A stretch of DNA of 64,000 nucleotides from an uncultured Gemmatimonadales bacterium (lineage in GTDB: Bacteria > Gemmatimonadota > Gemmatimonadetes > Longimicrobiales > Longimicrobiaceae). The notes below the pieces were generated by a model. It was not told where the DNA came from and searched no databases. It saw only the letters and a list, made by a program, of their open reading frames with translations. The position numbers and the translations under genes were made by a program. The DNA lies in NCBI GenBank assembly GCA_963716255.1, contig OY970303.1, positions 3,296,001 through 3,360,000 of the forward strand. Direction: 5' to 3'. Below are positions 11,179-20,507 of the stretch, piece after piece; the stretch's first letter is position 1, and the number at the start of each line of letters is the position of its first letter.

Positions 11179-12597
11179 TCACGACGTGGCCGCGGGAAGC
11201 GTGGCGAGATACCTGAGGCCGGAGATGCTGGGAAAGAACACGTAGGCGCCGCCGCGCGTGTCGATCATCCGCGAGAACCCGGTCACGACCGCGTTCTTGG
11301 GCTCGACGGGAAGGGTGAACGAGCTGGTGGAGGGGTCGTTCACGCCCAGGAACACGTCCTCGCCGCTGATGTTGTTCACGGCGTTCCCGGGCGGCTGCCC
11401 GCCCGGCGCCTTCGCCGACTTCACGAAGGTGGAGGAAAGCGCCCACTGGCCCTGGATGAACTGGAACTGGTTGAAGATGCTGGCGTTGATGAAGTAGCCG
11501 ATGAGCCCGCGCGGCACGCTGGTGGGGCTCGCGGGATCGTACGCGGGGCCGTACGGCATGGCGCGGCGCGTGATGCGGTGGTGCGTGGAGTCGGTGCCGG
11601 TCACGGCCATGTTGCGCGGGTTGGTACGCCGGATGTGCGAGCCGATGGGGCAGCGCAGCCCCAGCGTGTCGTCCTGGGAGGGATTGGCCGTGTCCACGTA
11701 GGTGAAGTCGTTCAGCTGGTCGGCGGGGAGGCACGTGCCGGGGTCGTCGGGCATGAGCTCCAGCGGGTTCCCGTTGCGCCAGCGGCCGCACGCCTTGGCG
11801 GCCAGCATCTCCGGGGTGACGCCGGCCTGCGGGGCGAAATCCTGGAGGAACGCTTCGAAGCCGACCACGTCCTGCTCCAGGATGCGGAACGCGGCGTAGC
11901 TGCTGTTGGTGGAAAGCTGGGCGGGCTGCACGGAGTACGTGCCGCCGGAGGCGTTGGGGTAGCCGAGCAGGAACTCGCCCGTGGGCACCACCGGCTGGTC
12001 GTCGGGGATGCTGTGCTTGCGCGGCGGCGCGCCCTGCACCGTGGGCTGCGCGATGTTGTCGCGGTAGCCGAAGTGCACGTGATTGTCGGGGAGCGCGGTG
12101 GCGTCGTGGAACAGCAGCTCGCTCATCCCCGCCGCGAAGGCCGCCCGCAGCTGTGCGGAGACGCGCTCCAGCACCGCCGGGTCCTCGTGCACCCACAGGC
12201 TGAGCACCACGTGCGCGTCCTGCCACGTGGCGATGCCGCCCAGCCAGTTCGCGGGCGCGCTGCCGCCGGTGTCGCCCACGACGGAAGCCACGGCGTCGCT
12301 GGTGGCGCCGGCCAGGAAGGCGGGGTCGAAGCTCTGCAGCTGCGTCTGGGTGACCCCCAGAGCCGCCAGCCCGGGGGCGGTGAACGCGATGTTGACGAAG
12401 CACTCCGGCTTGTCTCGCCAGCGCCGCGCCGTGGTGATCCTGGGCACGCCGCCGGTGCCGTCCACCAGGTTGCCGATGAAGGCGCCGGCGGCCGCGGCGT
12501 CGGTGACGCGGAGGATGAAGTGCCGGGCCAGGTCCACGCGGTAGCCCCGCAGGATGGTGCCCTGCACGTCGGCGTAGTCGATCTCGGGGGTCGCCAT
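11179..12597 (-). CDS. Dyp-type peroxidase
   Basis: DVQGTIL, HFGYRD, GEFLLGY, FRILEQDV, GRWRNG, CPIGSHIRRTNPR, HRITRRAMPYG, TRGGAYVFFPS. Confidence 0.9.
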   Translation of the reverse strand: MATPEIDYADVQGTILRGYRVDLARHFILRVTDAAAAGAFIGNLVDGTGGVPRITTARRWRDKPECFVNIAFTAPGLAALGVTQTQLQSFDPAFLAGATSDAVASVVGDTGGSAPANWLGGIATWQDAHVVLSLWVHEDPAVLERVSAQLRAAFAAGMSELLFHDATALPDNHVHFGYRDNIAQPTVQGAPPRKHSIPDDQPVVPTGEFLLGYPNASGGTYSVQPAQLSTNSSYAAFRILEQDVVGFEAFLQDFAPQAGVTPEMLAAKACGRWRNGNPLELMPDDPGTCLPADQLNDFTYVDTANPSQDDTLGLRCPIGSHIRRTNPRNMAVTGTDSTHHRITRRAMPYGPAYDPASPTSVPRGLIGYFINASIFNQFQFIQGQWALSSTFVKSAKAPGGQPPGNAVNNISGEDVFLGVNDPSTSSFTLPVEPKNAVVTGFSRMIDTRGGAYVFFPSISGLRYLATLPAATS

Positions 12598-12660
12598 GGG
12601 GGAGAGGGGACGGGGGAGGGAGGGGGAGCGCCCGCCGGGTGCGGGCGCTCCGCGCGAGCG

Positions 12661-13110
12661 TCAGAAGGCGGCGAGGATCTGCTGCACCGTCTGGGGATAC
12701 GCCTGGTACAGCCCCTCGTTGGGCTGGTGCTGCGACGCGTCGTTCGCCGCCACGAAGGCGTTGAAGGCGGCGACGTTGTTCGCCACGGGGATGAGCGCCT
12801 GGCCCCCCACCACGAACTGGAGCAGCGCGTCGAACACCTGCCCGATCTGCGCGACGAAGTCGCCGATGTACGCCTGGAAGCTGCCGTCGTACTCCGTGAT
12901 CACCGCCAGCACCATCTCGTTCAACGGCGTGGTGCCGGGCTGGAGGTTGGCCGTGGACCGGTCCAGCAGCAGGAACCGGGCGTAGTGCACCGTGCCGATG
13001 GAGGTGAGCGCGGTGTCGATCTCGGTCTGGTACTTCGCCAGCGTCCCCGCCAGCTCCGTGAGGCTGGTGCCGGGGATGATGGGCATCATCAGGGTAAGCG
13101 GACTGGCCAT
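12661..13110 (-). CDS. Hypothetical Dyp-associated protein
   Basis: GGAGA SD; GTVHYARF..VITEYDGSFQAYI..YQAYPQTVQQI; directly upstream of Dyp. Confidence 0.75.
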   Translation of the reverse strand: MASPLTLMMPIIPGTSLTELAGTLAKYQTEIDTALTSIGTVHYARFLLLDRSTANLQPGTTPLNEMVLAVITEYDGSFQAYIGDFVAQIGQVFDALLQFVVGGQALIPVANNVAAFNAFVAANDASQHQPNEGLYQAYPQTVQQILAAF

Positions 13111-13276
13111 GGGGTGTCTCCGGAACCGGGTGGGAACCAAGGAAGGAACGGGAAGGACCGCGAGAGCGGACGGCACTTCGCGCCGCCTCCGCCGCGATCC
13201 GGGCAACAGGATACCTGCCCCCCCGGCCGGGAGTCAATCTTTTCAAGACATTTACGGCGGGATTCGGCCCGGCGGA

Positions 13277-13330
13277 CTCTCACCCGGCGGCCTTAGAGCC
13301 GCCACCCTCTCCCAATTCCGGGAGAGGGGG
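13277..13330. repeat. REP-like family-2 palindrome
   Basis: CACCCGGCGGCCTTAGAGCCGCCACCCTCTCCCAATTCCGGGAGAGGG, a variant of 6341-6393. Confidence 0.75.
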
Positions 13331-13363
13331 CGACTGCTGGATCTTGAGTACGAGCAGGCAGTT

Positions 13364-13492
13364 GCGTGAGGGATTCCGGCCCGGAGGGGCGAGACCCGGC
13401 GGCAGTTTGCCGGGGCTCGACTCCGTTGCAAACGGTAGTATCGTTTGCTACGGAGCCGAAGCCCGACCCCGGCGTCAGCCGGGGGCACGCCC
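13364..13492 (+). ncRNA. Structured repeat family 1, copy C
   Basis: Same scaffold; variable stem GCAAACGG/TCGTTTGC. Confidence 0.7.
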
Positions 13493-13515
13493 GAGCCCGG
13501 TTGTAGAAAATCCGT

Positions 13516-15741
13516 TCAATCCGTAAGTCCGTGCCGCTCCTCCAGCTGCCTCCGCCGCCCCACGTAGGCGCTGAGCAGCAGGAACAGCCCGCCCAGCCCG
13601 GAGAACAGCAGCACCCGCCAGAGCGCTTCCAGCGCGCGCAGGTCCACCAGGAACATCTTGGCGACCAGGAAGAGCAGGGTCAGCTTGGCCACGGACTGGA
13701 GCGTCGCGTAGCCGCGCAGCGTGGCCACCACCAGCAGGGACACGGCGTACACCCCCCACAGCGCGGACACGATCCCCTCGCCGCCCGGCAGCCCCGAGAA
13801 CTCCCGCCAGATCCACTGCATCACCGCGGCGTGCACGGCCAGCCCGTACGCCAGCTTCTCCCGCGCGGGGACGAGCCGCGACGCGGCGAAGGCGCAGGCG
13901 ATCACGGCCAGGTCGGCCAGGCCGCGCGCGCTGAACACCGGCACCGCGCCCGGACGGTCCGCGGCGCGCCCCAGGACGGCGAGCGGGTCGGCCTCCGCCA
14001 GGTGGCGCAGCAGGAGCCCGGCCAGCAGCGCGAACACGGCGTGCGCCACCGGGGCGGCCTCGGTGTCGCCGCGCCGCGCCAGCGCCAGCAGCCCCACGCC
14101 GCCCAGCCCCCACGCCACCGAGGCGAGCGCGGTGCCCTGCGGCAGCACCGCCAGCTCGCGCCACCCCCACAGGAAGAGCGCCGCCAGCGCCGCGCCGCGC
14201 AGCACGCGAGCGGCACGGTCGCGCCCTCCCAGCGAGGCGGCCAGCAGCGCGCCGGCGACCGCCAGGTCGGCAAGGCGCCGCGCCCACGGGAGCGCCGTGC
14301 CGGCGGCGTCCGGCGCGAACACCGCGGCGAGCGGGTTGAAGCCGCCCAGCCGGCCGAGGAAGGCCATCCCCAGCCCGACGAAAACCAGGTGCGCCCACAC
14401 CGCCGCGCCCCGGCCCAGCCCCCGCGCCGCCAGCAGGTGCAGCCCGGCCGCCTCCGCGGCCAGCAGGACGATGCGCGCCTCGCCCTCCGCCCCCACGCCG
14501 GTCCCCAGCGTCAGCAGGATCGCGCCGGCCAGCCCCAGCACCGCGGCCATCCCGCCGCGCCGCTCCCGCGCCCACAGGGCGGCGGCCAGGTAGGCCAGCC
14601 CCAGCAGCGCCGTCCCCGCGCCCCACTGCCGCGCCGTCAGCTCCCACACCGCCGAGGTGAACACCGCCGCCACCAGCGGCGACACGAAGGCGAGCGCGGC
14701 CGGCGCCAGGATTGCCCGGTCGTCCCCCTCGCCGTCCCCGTCCTCCGCCGCGTCCGGGTCCCGCAGCAGGTACAGCGCGGCGGGCAGCACTCCCAGCACG
14801 GCCCACACCAGCACCAGCGCGCCCTGGAGCGCCCAGCGCGCGTCCACGGGGGGCGGCCCGGCGCGCTCGCTCACCACCAGCCCGCTCACCAGGGCCACCC
14901 AGGAGCCCACCCCCGCCGTCAGCAGCGCCGTGTCCCAGCGGCGGCGAGCGTACACGACGCCGTTCCACAGGGCGATGAACGCCACGTACGCGGAGAGCCA
15001 GCCCAGGCTCCCGGTGCGCGGATACAGGAGGAAGGGAGTCCCCACGCCGCCCAGCGTCCCCACGATGGTGAGCAGCGGCTCGTCCTCGCGCAGGGAAAGC
15101 AGGAAGGCGGCGGAGGTGACCGCGGCCATGTACACCAGCGCGGCGGAGCTGGGGATGAGCCCGTAGAGCTGCGAGGCGGCGAAGCCCACCATGTAGAAGG
15201 CGGCGATGCCGCCGCCCAGGAGCACGCGGCTCAGGCTGCGCTGCGTGGCGCGCACGTGCAGCCCCCACGCGGTGAGCGCCACGCTCACGGCGGTGCCGGC
15301 GGCCACGCGCACCACGGGGGTGATCCACCCCTGCTCGATGGAGTACTTGAACAGGAAGGCCACCCCCAGCAGGAGCAGCCCGATCCCCACCTTGCTGAGC
15401 CAGAACTCGCCGTTGAGCACCGGCTGCACCGCGGGCAGCCAGGCGAGCGGCCCGACCGGCTCGCCGTCCGGCTCCGGCGCGCCCCGGGGCGGCTCCGGCG
15501 TGGGGTCGGCGGACGCCGGGGCGGGCGGGACCGCCCGCGCGGCGACGTGCGGCGCGGGCTCCGGGACGGCGGCGGGGGGGCGGACCGGGGCCGGGTGCAC
15601 GCGGGCTGGAGCCGGAGTGTCGAAGGCGGAGCCGGGCGCCACCGCCGCCTCCATGCGGCGGACGGCCTGCTGGAGCTCGTCGACCACGGCTTCCAGGCGC
15701 GACAGGCGCGCTTCCAGCTCGGCGGGGCGGGGCTCGGTCAT
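13516..15741 (-). CDS. DUF2339 family membrane protein
   Basis: N-terminal coiled coil and Pro linker, WLSKVGIGLLLLGVAFLFKYSIEQGWI, many TMs, C-terminal KMFLVDL..RVLLFSGLG. Confidence 0.85.
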   Translation of the reverse strand: MTEPRPAELEARLSRLEAVVDELQQAVRRMEAAVAPGSAFDTPAPARVHPAPVRPPAAVPEPAPHVAARAVPPAPASADPTPEPPRGAPEPDGEPVGPLAWLPAVQPVLNGEFWLSKVGIGLLLLGVAFLFKYSIEQGWITPVVRVAAGTAVSVALTAWGLHVRATQRSLSRVLLGGGIAAFYMVGFAASQLYGLIPSSAALVYMAAVTSAAFLLSLREDEPLLTIVGTLGGVGTPFLLYPRTGSLGWLSAYVAFIALWNGVVYARRRWDTALLTAGVGSWVALVSGLVVSERAGPPPVDARWALQGALVLVWAVLGVLPAALYLLRDPDAAEDGDGEGDDRAILAPAALAFVSPLVAAVFTSAVWELTARQWGAGTALLGLAYLAAALWARERRGGMAAVLGLAGAILLTLGTGVGAEGEARIVLLAAEAAGLHLLAARGLGRGAAVWAHLVFVGLGMAFLGRLGGFNPLAAVFAPDAAGTALPWARRLADLAVAGALLAASLGGRDRAARVLRGAALAALFLWGWRELAVLPQGTALASVAWGLGGVGLLALARRGDTEAAPVAHAVFALLAGLLLRHLAEADPLAVLGRAADRPGAVPVFSARGLADLAVIACAFAASRLVPAREKLAYGLAVHAAVMQWIWREFSGLPGGEGIVSALWGVYAVSLLVVATLRGYATLQSVAKLTLLFLVAKMFLVDLRALEALWRVLLFSGLGGLFLLLSAYVGRRRQLEERHGLTD

Positions 15742-16171
15742 GGCGGGCGGGGGATCGCGGGGAAACGCGCGGGGCTCCGAAAGGTACAGCCGTTCCGGTC
15801 TATCCCTCAAGTGCGCCGCCACTTCGCGAAACGCGCGGGGAATCCCGGACGTCGGCCGGCGGCAGAGGCCCGAAGATCAGACTACCCCCCGGGGGCCACG
15901 CTCTGCATCTTGGTGGCGAAGGCGCAGACCGGACCGCCCCGGCCGGCTGCACCATGGAGAAACAAACGCCGTCTTCCCGCAACTTCCTTCCCGGCTGCGC
16001 CGCGTTCGTCGAGGATCTCCCCGGAGCCAGGCAGCAGAGCAGCCCGTCCAGCCTCCCTGATCGATCCTGCGGACCGCTCCCCCGGTCGTTCCACCTCGGG
16101 CTTCGACGCGAAGCGGGGTCGCCGTGTCGAAAGCCACTGCCGCAGCGACCCCGACAACCGGAGAACCGACC

Positions 16172-16834
16172 ATGGTCGAGATCAGGGACAGCTACTTCAA
16201 GGCACCCGACGGCAACCGCTACTTCAGGCGCAACGCACCCGCGGTGGCGGTCGGATCGTATGGCGCGAAGAAGCAGCCGGCCACGCAGGCGAACTACCTC
16301 GCCGTCGACGGCAACATCAAGTACGACCTCCTCGACGGCAAGATCAAGAAGCTGAAGTCCGTCACGGTGGACTGGGCGCGCGAGCGGGCGACCGACGTCG
16401 AAGTCGGAGTCGACTATTACTTCGTCGCGGGCGGCACGGCCAGCTTCTCCCACAGGAAGGCCGTCGAGGCCCACCTGAAGCTCGTCCGGTTCCACATCGA
16501 AGCGACACCCCTGGAAAACCTCCTCAACAAGGACGCCAACAAGGTCCGCCAGGAGCTGAAAGAGGAGGGCAACGATGCCCGCGTGTCCACGTCGGTCTGG
16601 GTCGTCATGTCCGGCGAGCTGGCCGAGAAGTTCGATACGTCGCTGACGCTCGGGGCGTCGGGGACCACGGCGGACGGCCTGACGATCACGGCCAGCGGCG
16701 GGGGGGCGTGGAGCGGCTCGGAGAAGATCAAGCTTTCCCCGGGAACGGTGTTCGCGTACGGTCTGCACAAGGTGAAGAAGTGGGACGGCGACAAGGTGGA
16801 GGACCTGGAGGACGACTGGCAGAGCCTGGGCTGA
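16172..16834 (+). CDS. Hypothetical beta-rich protein, possibly gasdermin-like
   Basis: GGAGA SD, 220 aa, alternating beta-hairpin segments, LSPGTVFAYGL motif. Confidence 0.7.
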   Translation: MVEIRDSYFKAPDGNRYFRRNAPAVAVGSYGAKKQPATQANYLAVDGNIKYDLLDGKIKKLKSVTVDWARERATDVEVGVDYYFVAGGTASFSHRKAVEAHLKLVRFHIEATPLENLLNKDANKVRQELKEEGNDARVSTSVWVVMSGELAEKFDTSLTLGASGTTADGLTITASGGGAWSGSEKIKLSPGTVFAYGLHKVKKWDGDKVEDLEDDWQSLG

Positions 16835-17149
16835 GAAGCGGGTAGGGGGTGGCATCCCTCCGGCGTGAAGCGGGGCTCGTGGACGCAGGGCCAGCCGTAC
16901 GTTCCGAGCAGGATTCGGGCGAGGTCCTGCGTCCCTGGAACCCGGTCCGCCGGACCTCGCCGCCGTCGCGCGCGGGGAAACACGCGATGCGCCGTGCAGG
17001 TTTCAATGCGTGGCTATCACCCGGTCCTGCTTCCACTTCCGCCGCGCCAGGGGGGTGGCGGCGCCGGGCCCGGACCTCTGGTGCGCGGCGCCGTCACGCT
17101 CTATCGTACGTCGTCCGGTCGACGGCTCAAGACTCACCGCCGAGGTCGT

Positions 17150-17746
17150 ATGTCCCCGATCGCCGATCCGCGCTCCACCCCCGAAGAGTACCTCGTGCGG
17201 GAGCGGAAGGCACAGTACAGGAGCGAGTTCGTGGAGGGCCGCGTGTACGCCATGGCGGGGGCGAGCCGCGCGCACAACCTCGTCGCGGGGAACGTGTTCG
17301 CGGAGCTCCGCGCGCAGCTCCGCGGAAAGTCCTGCGAGGCGTACGTCAGCGACATGCGCGTCAAGGTGAGCCGCACCGGGCTCTACACGTACCCGGACGT
17401 CGTCGCCGTCTGCGGGGAGCCGCGCTTCGAGGACGCGCACGTGGACACGCTGCTCAACCCGGTCGTGATCGTGGAGGTGCTGTCCGGGTCCACGGAAGGC
17501 TACGACCGGGGCGAGAAGTTCTCGCACTACCGCCGGCTGGAGTCGCTGCGGGAGTACGTGCTGGTGGCCCAGGACCGCGTCCGCGTGGAGCACTTCGCGC
17601 GGCACGGCGAGCACTGGATGCTCACCGAGATCGGCGACCCGGAAGGCGTGCTCGCGCTGCCGTCGCTCGACTGCACGGTGGCGCTCCGCGCGGTCTACGA
17701 GCGCGTGGAGCTCCCGGCCGGCGGCGACCTGCCCCTCCGCGCGTGA
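17150..17746 (+). CDS. Uma2 family endonuclease
   Basis: EFVEGRVYAMAGASRAHN, YPDVV, VEVLSGSTEGYDRGEK, EYVLVAQD. Confidence 0.92.
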   Translation: MSPIADPRSTPEEYLVRERKAQYRSEFVEGRVYAMAGASRAHNLVAGNVFAELRAQLRGKSCEAYVSDMRVKVSRTGLYTYPDVVAVCGEPRFEDAHVDTLLNPVVIVEVLSGSTEGYDRGEKFSHYRRLESLREYVLVAQDRVRVEHFARHGEHWMLTEIGDPEGVLALPSLDCTVALRAVYERVELPAGGDLPLRA

Positions 17747-17799
17747 GCGGAGGTTCCGCGCCCGAGCCGCGGGCACGATCCCCCGATGCCACGAACCCG

Positions 17800-18300
17800 A
17801 TGACGCCCATCTACGATTCCGGCGCGCAGGGCACCAGGGTACGCGCCCTGCTCTGGTTCTCGCTGCTCTGTGCGGCGGGGAGCACCTGGGCCGGCGTGTC
17901 GCTGGGGCGCACCTTCGGGCTGAGCCCCGCGGACGGCGGCGCGCTGGCGCCCCTCCCCGTCCGGCTCGCGTGGGCGGTGGGGGTCTCTGCCATCGGGCTG
18001 GCGTTCCTGGCGGGGATGCTGGTGTACGTGCGCTGCTACGCCGCCCGGGTGGCGGTGGACGAGGCGGGAGGCACCGTGCACGTTTCCCGCATCGGCCTCC
18101 TCGGCACCTGCACGCTGGTGGTGCCTGCCGAGCGAGTGCTGGGAAGCGAGTACCACCCCGGGCAGGCGGACTACGGCGGCGTGGCGGTGAACGCGGCGTG
18201 GGACACGGTGCGCGTGGAGGGGCGGCGGCTCCCGCTGATCGTGGACGCGCAGGGCGACGTACTGGACCCGGAGCGGGCGGGCCGCTTCCTGGGGATCTGA
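17800..18300 (+). CDS. Hypothetical membrane protein
   Basis: Two TM helices and a soluble C-terminus; 3' part of ORF 16849..18300. Confidence 0.65.
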   Translation: MTPIYDSGAQGTRVRALLWFSLLCAAGSTWAGVSLGRTFGLSPADGGALAPLPVRLAWAVGVSAIGLAFLAGMLVYVRCYAARVAVDEAGGTVHVSRIGLLGTCTLVVPAERVLGSEYHPGQADYGGVAVNAAWDTVRVEGRRLPLIVDAQGDVLDPERAGRFLGI

Positions 18301-18325
18301 ACCGACGCGGGGGAGGGAGCTGGAG

Positions 18326-18661
18326 ATGGCGGTGAGCGCAGAGTTCCGCGCGTACGTGCTGGAGCAGCTGGGGCGGGTGGCGCCGGTGACCTCGCGGTCC
18401 ATGTTCGGGGCCGTCGGCGTGTACTCGGAGGGGCTGTTCTTCGCGGTGGTGGACGACGACCAGGTGTACTTCAAGACCGACGACGGCAACCGCGCGGACT
18501 TCGAGCGGGCGGGGATGGGGCGTTTCCAGCCCTTCGGCGAGGACGCAAAGCCCATGAACTACCACGAGCTTCCCGGCGAGCTGCTGGAAAGCCCGGACGA
18601 GCTGCGCCCCTGGATGGAAAAGTCGCTCGCCGTCGCGCGGAGCCGGCGGAAGAAGAAGTGA
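18326..18661 (+). CDS. TfoX/Sxy N-terminal domain protein
   Basis: RSMFGAVGVY..FFAVV..YFKTD..FQPF..MNYHELP. Confidence 0.9.
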   Translation: MAVSAEFRAYVLEQLGRVAPVTSRSMFGAVGVYSEGLFFAVVDDDQVYFKTDDGNRADFERAGMGRFQPFGEDAKPMNYHELPGELLESPDELRPWMEKSLAVARSRRKKK

Positions 18662-19530
18662 GCCCGCCCGCACCCGCCGTGCGCCGGCGCTTCTCTTGGC
18701 TGCTGGCCGGCGCGGCGCTGCTCTCCGGCGCCGCGGCCTGCGAGCCGGAGAGCGCCGCGCCGCCGCCCCCGCCGGGGGTGGAGACCGTTCCGGCCGCCCC
18801 GGCCGCGCCCGCCCCGGTGCAGGCCGCGCCCGCGTCGGGGGCCCCGGCGGGTCCCGGCTTCCGGGTGGCGTACGCGCCGCTGCGGGGCCCGCGGTACGCC
18901 CCGTGGGAGCGCTACGCGCGCGACACCCGGTTCCTGGAGCGGATCGCCGACGACCTGAACGGCTGGCTCGCGCTCCCCACCGACGTGACGCTGGTGTTCG
19001 CGCAGTGCGGCGAGGCCAACGCCTTCTACGAGCCGGAGACGCAGCGCATCACCCTGTGCTACGAGCTGCTGGAAACGCTGGGCGAGGTGTTCGCCGACGG
19101 CGGACCGGAGCGCGACCGCGCGCTCCGGGGCGCCGCGACCTTCATCTTCTACCACGAGCTGGGACACGCGCTCATCCACGTGCTGGACCTCCCCGCGCTG
19201 GGGCGCGAGGAGGACTCCGCCGACCAGCTCGCGGCGTACGTCCTCACCGACGGGAGCGAGGAGGGGGAGCGGGCCGCGCTGGACGGGGCGGTCGCCCTGG
19301 GCAGGATGGACGCCGAGTTCGACGACCTGGCCTTCGCCGACGAGCACTCGCTGGGGGTCCAGCGCTTCTACAACGTGGCGTGCTGGGTGTACGGCCGCGA
19401 TCCGGAGCGGCACGCCGGCTTTCTCGCCGCGGGCACGCTCCCCGAGGGGCGGGCGGAGCGGTGCCCCGCCGAGTACGCCGCCCTGGAGCGGAGCTGGGAC
19501 CGCCTGCTGGAGCCCTACGTCCGCGAGTAG
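18658..19530 (+). CDS. DUF4344 putative metallopeptidase lipoprotein
   Basis: AAAC lipobox, CGEANAFY, LCYEL, HELGH, GREEDSAD, DEHSL..QRFYN..CWVYG. Confidence 0.88.
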   Translation: MSPPAPAVRRRFSWLLAGAALLSGAAACEPESAAPPPPPGVETVPAAPAAPAPVQAAPASGAPAGPGFRVAYAPLRGPRYAPWERYARDTRFLERIADDLNGWLALPTDVTLVFAQCGEANAFYEPETQRITLCYELLETLGEVFADGGPERDRALRGAATFIFYHELGHALIHVLDLPALGREEDSADQLAAYVLTDGSEEGERAALDGAVALGRMDAEFDDLAFADEHSLGVQRFYNVACWVYGRDPERHAGFLAAGTLPEGRAERCPAEYAALERSWDRLLEPYVRE

Positions 19531-19701
19531 GGTCCCCTCCGTCCAAGATGCTGGAGGATAATGGAAGGCGGTTCGGCAGTAGATCGCGTACCATGTACGC
19601 TACATGGCTTGTGGAAGCATGAAGTTGAATGATGAAGCGGGGAGCCTTTACGACTCCCCGCAGGTACGTCCTGCCTCAGAAACGAACTCCAGAGGAGCAG
19701 C

Positions 19702-20205
19702 TCACCGCCTGTAACATGACAACCGGTTCAGAGCACTCGAAAGCCCGTCCAGAGAGAATGAGTCCTCAAGCACTTCACTGTCAGCTGGGTCCACAACGCG
19801 AATCAGCAAACGGTTTGCCCCTTTGAGACGTTCGGTTATGCTTCTTACTTGTGACATCGGCACCATGGTCGCTTTGCTGTTGTTGTACAGCGACCAGTAT
19901 TCCGATTCGCTGGCTGGTTGATCGTCAACCTTGTAGCGCACCAAAACTTCGTCATCACGATCCCCGGCGAGGTACTTGTGCATTATGATCATATTGAGAC
20001 CGTCACTCATGCATTTCCAACCGATCGTAAGGTCTGCTTTCGGCCCCAGCTGGAAGAAGAAGCTTCGGTCCACTTCGTCAAATGCGTCGATACTCGAAGT
20101 GAAGTGGAACGCTCCGATCATCTGTTGAGCATTGAGGGGTGCGGCCAGCAAGCAACTTGCCAACGCGAGGAAAGCGGATGCCAATGAGGGCTTCAGGGGT
20201 TTCAT
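19702..20205 (-). CDS. Secreted hypothetical protein in a lower-GC islet
   Basis: Signal peptide ending LNA-Q; FSLDGLSSAL..C C-terminus; atypical codon usage. Confidence 0.75.
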   Translation of the reverse strand: MKPLKPSLASAFLALASCLLAAPLNAQQMIGAFHFTSSIDAFDEVDRSFFFQLGPKADLTIGWKCMSDGLNMIIMHKYLAGDRDDEVLVRYKVDDQPASESEYWSLYNNSKATMVPMSQVRSITERLKGANRLLIRVVDPADSEVLEDSFSLDGLSSALNRLSCYRR

Positions 20206-20507
20206 GCCGGGTCATGGCAGGGGTGACTCGGGGAGGTTGATCGCCACATGCGGGAACATGTGGCGATTCCATGTTAGCGGGTTGAGTCCGGTCGGGCAAG
20301 ATTTTCAAACGCATCTAAGCCGGAGCGGCCCGCTTGCCAGGCGCTTTTCCCCGTCTTGCTTTACCGAAGCAATGCCGGACCATAGTGCTCCGGCACACCG
20401 TTTTTGTCGTACAGCCACCTCTCCGGTCCAGTTCTCCCGCCGCTCAAAGACAGTCCGTATACCGGCCTGAGGTTTAAACACAGACACGTTGCTTCTGTAA
20501 CAACGCC

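Noticed and set aside
20300..20470. Possible degenerate attC site (…CCGCCGCTCAAAGACAGTCCGTATAC)
   Set aside because: No clear RYYYAAC/GTTRRRY pairing, wrong side of the islet gene, and no integron integrase in the window.
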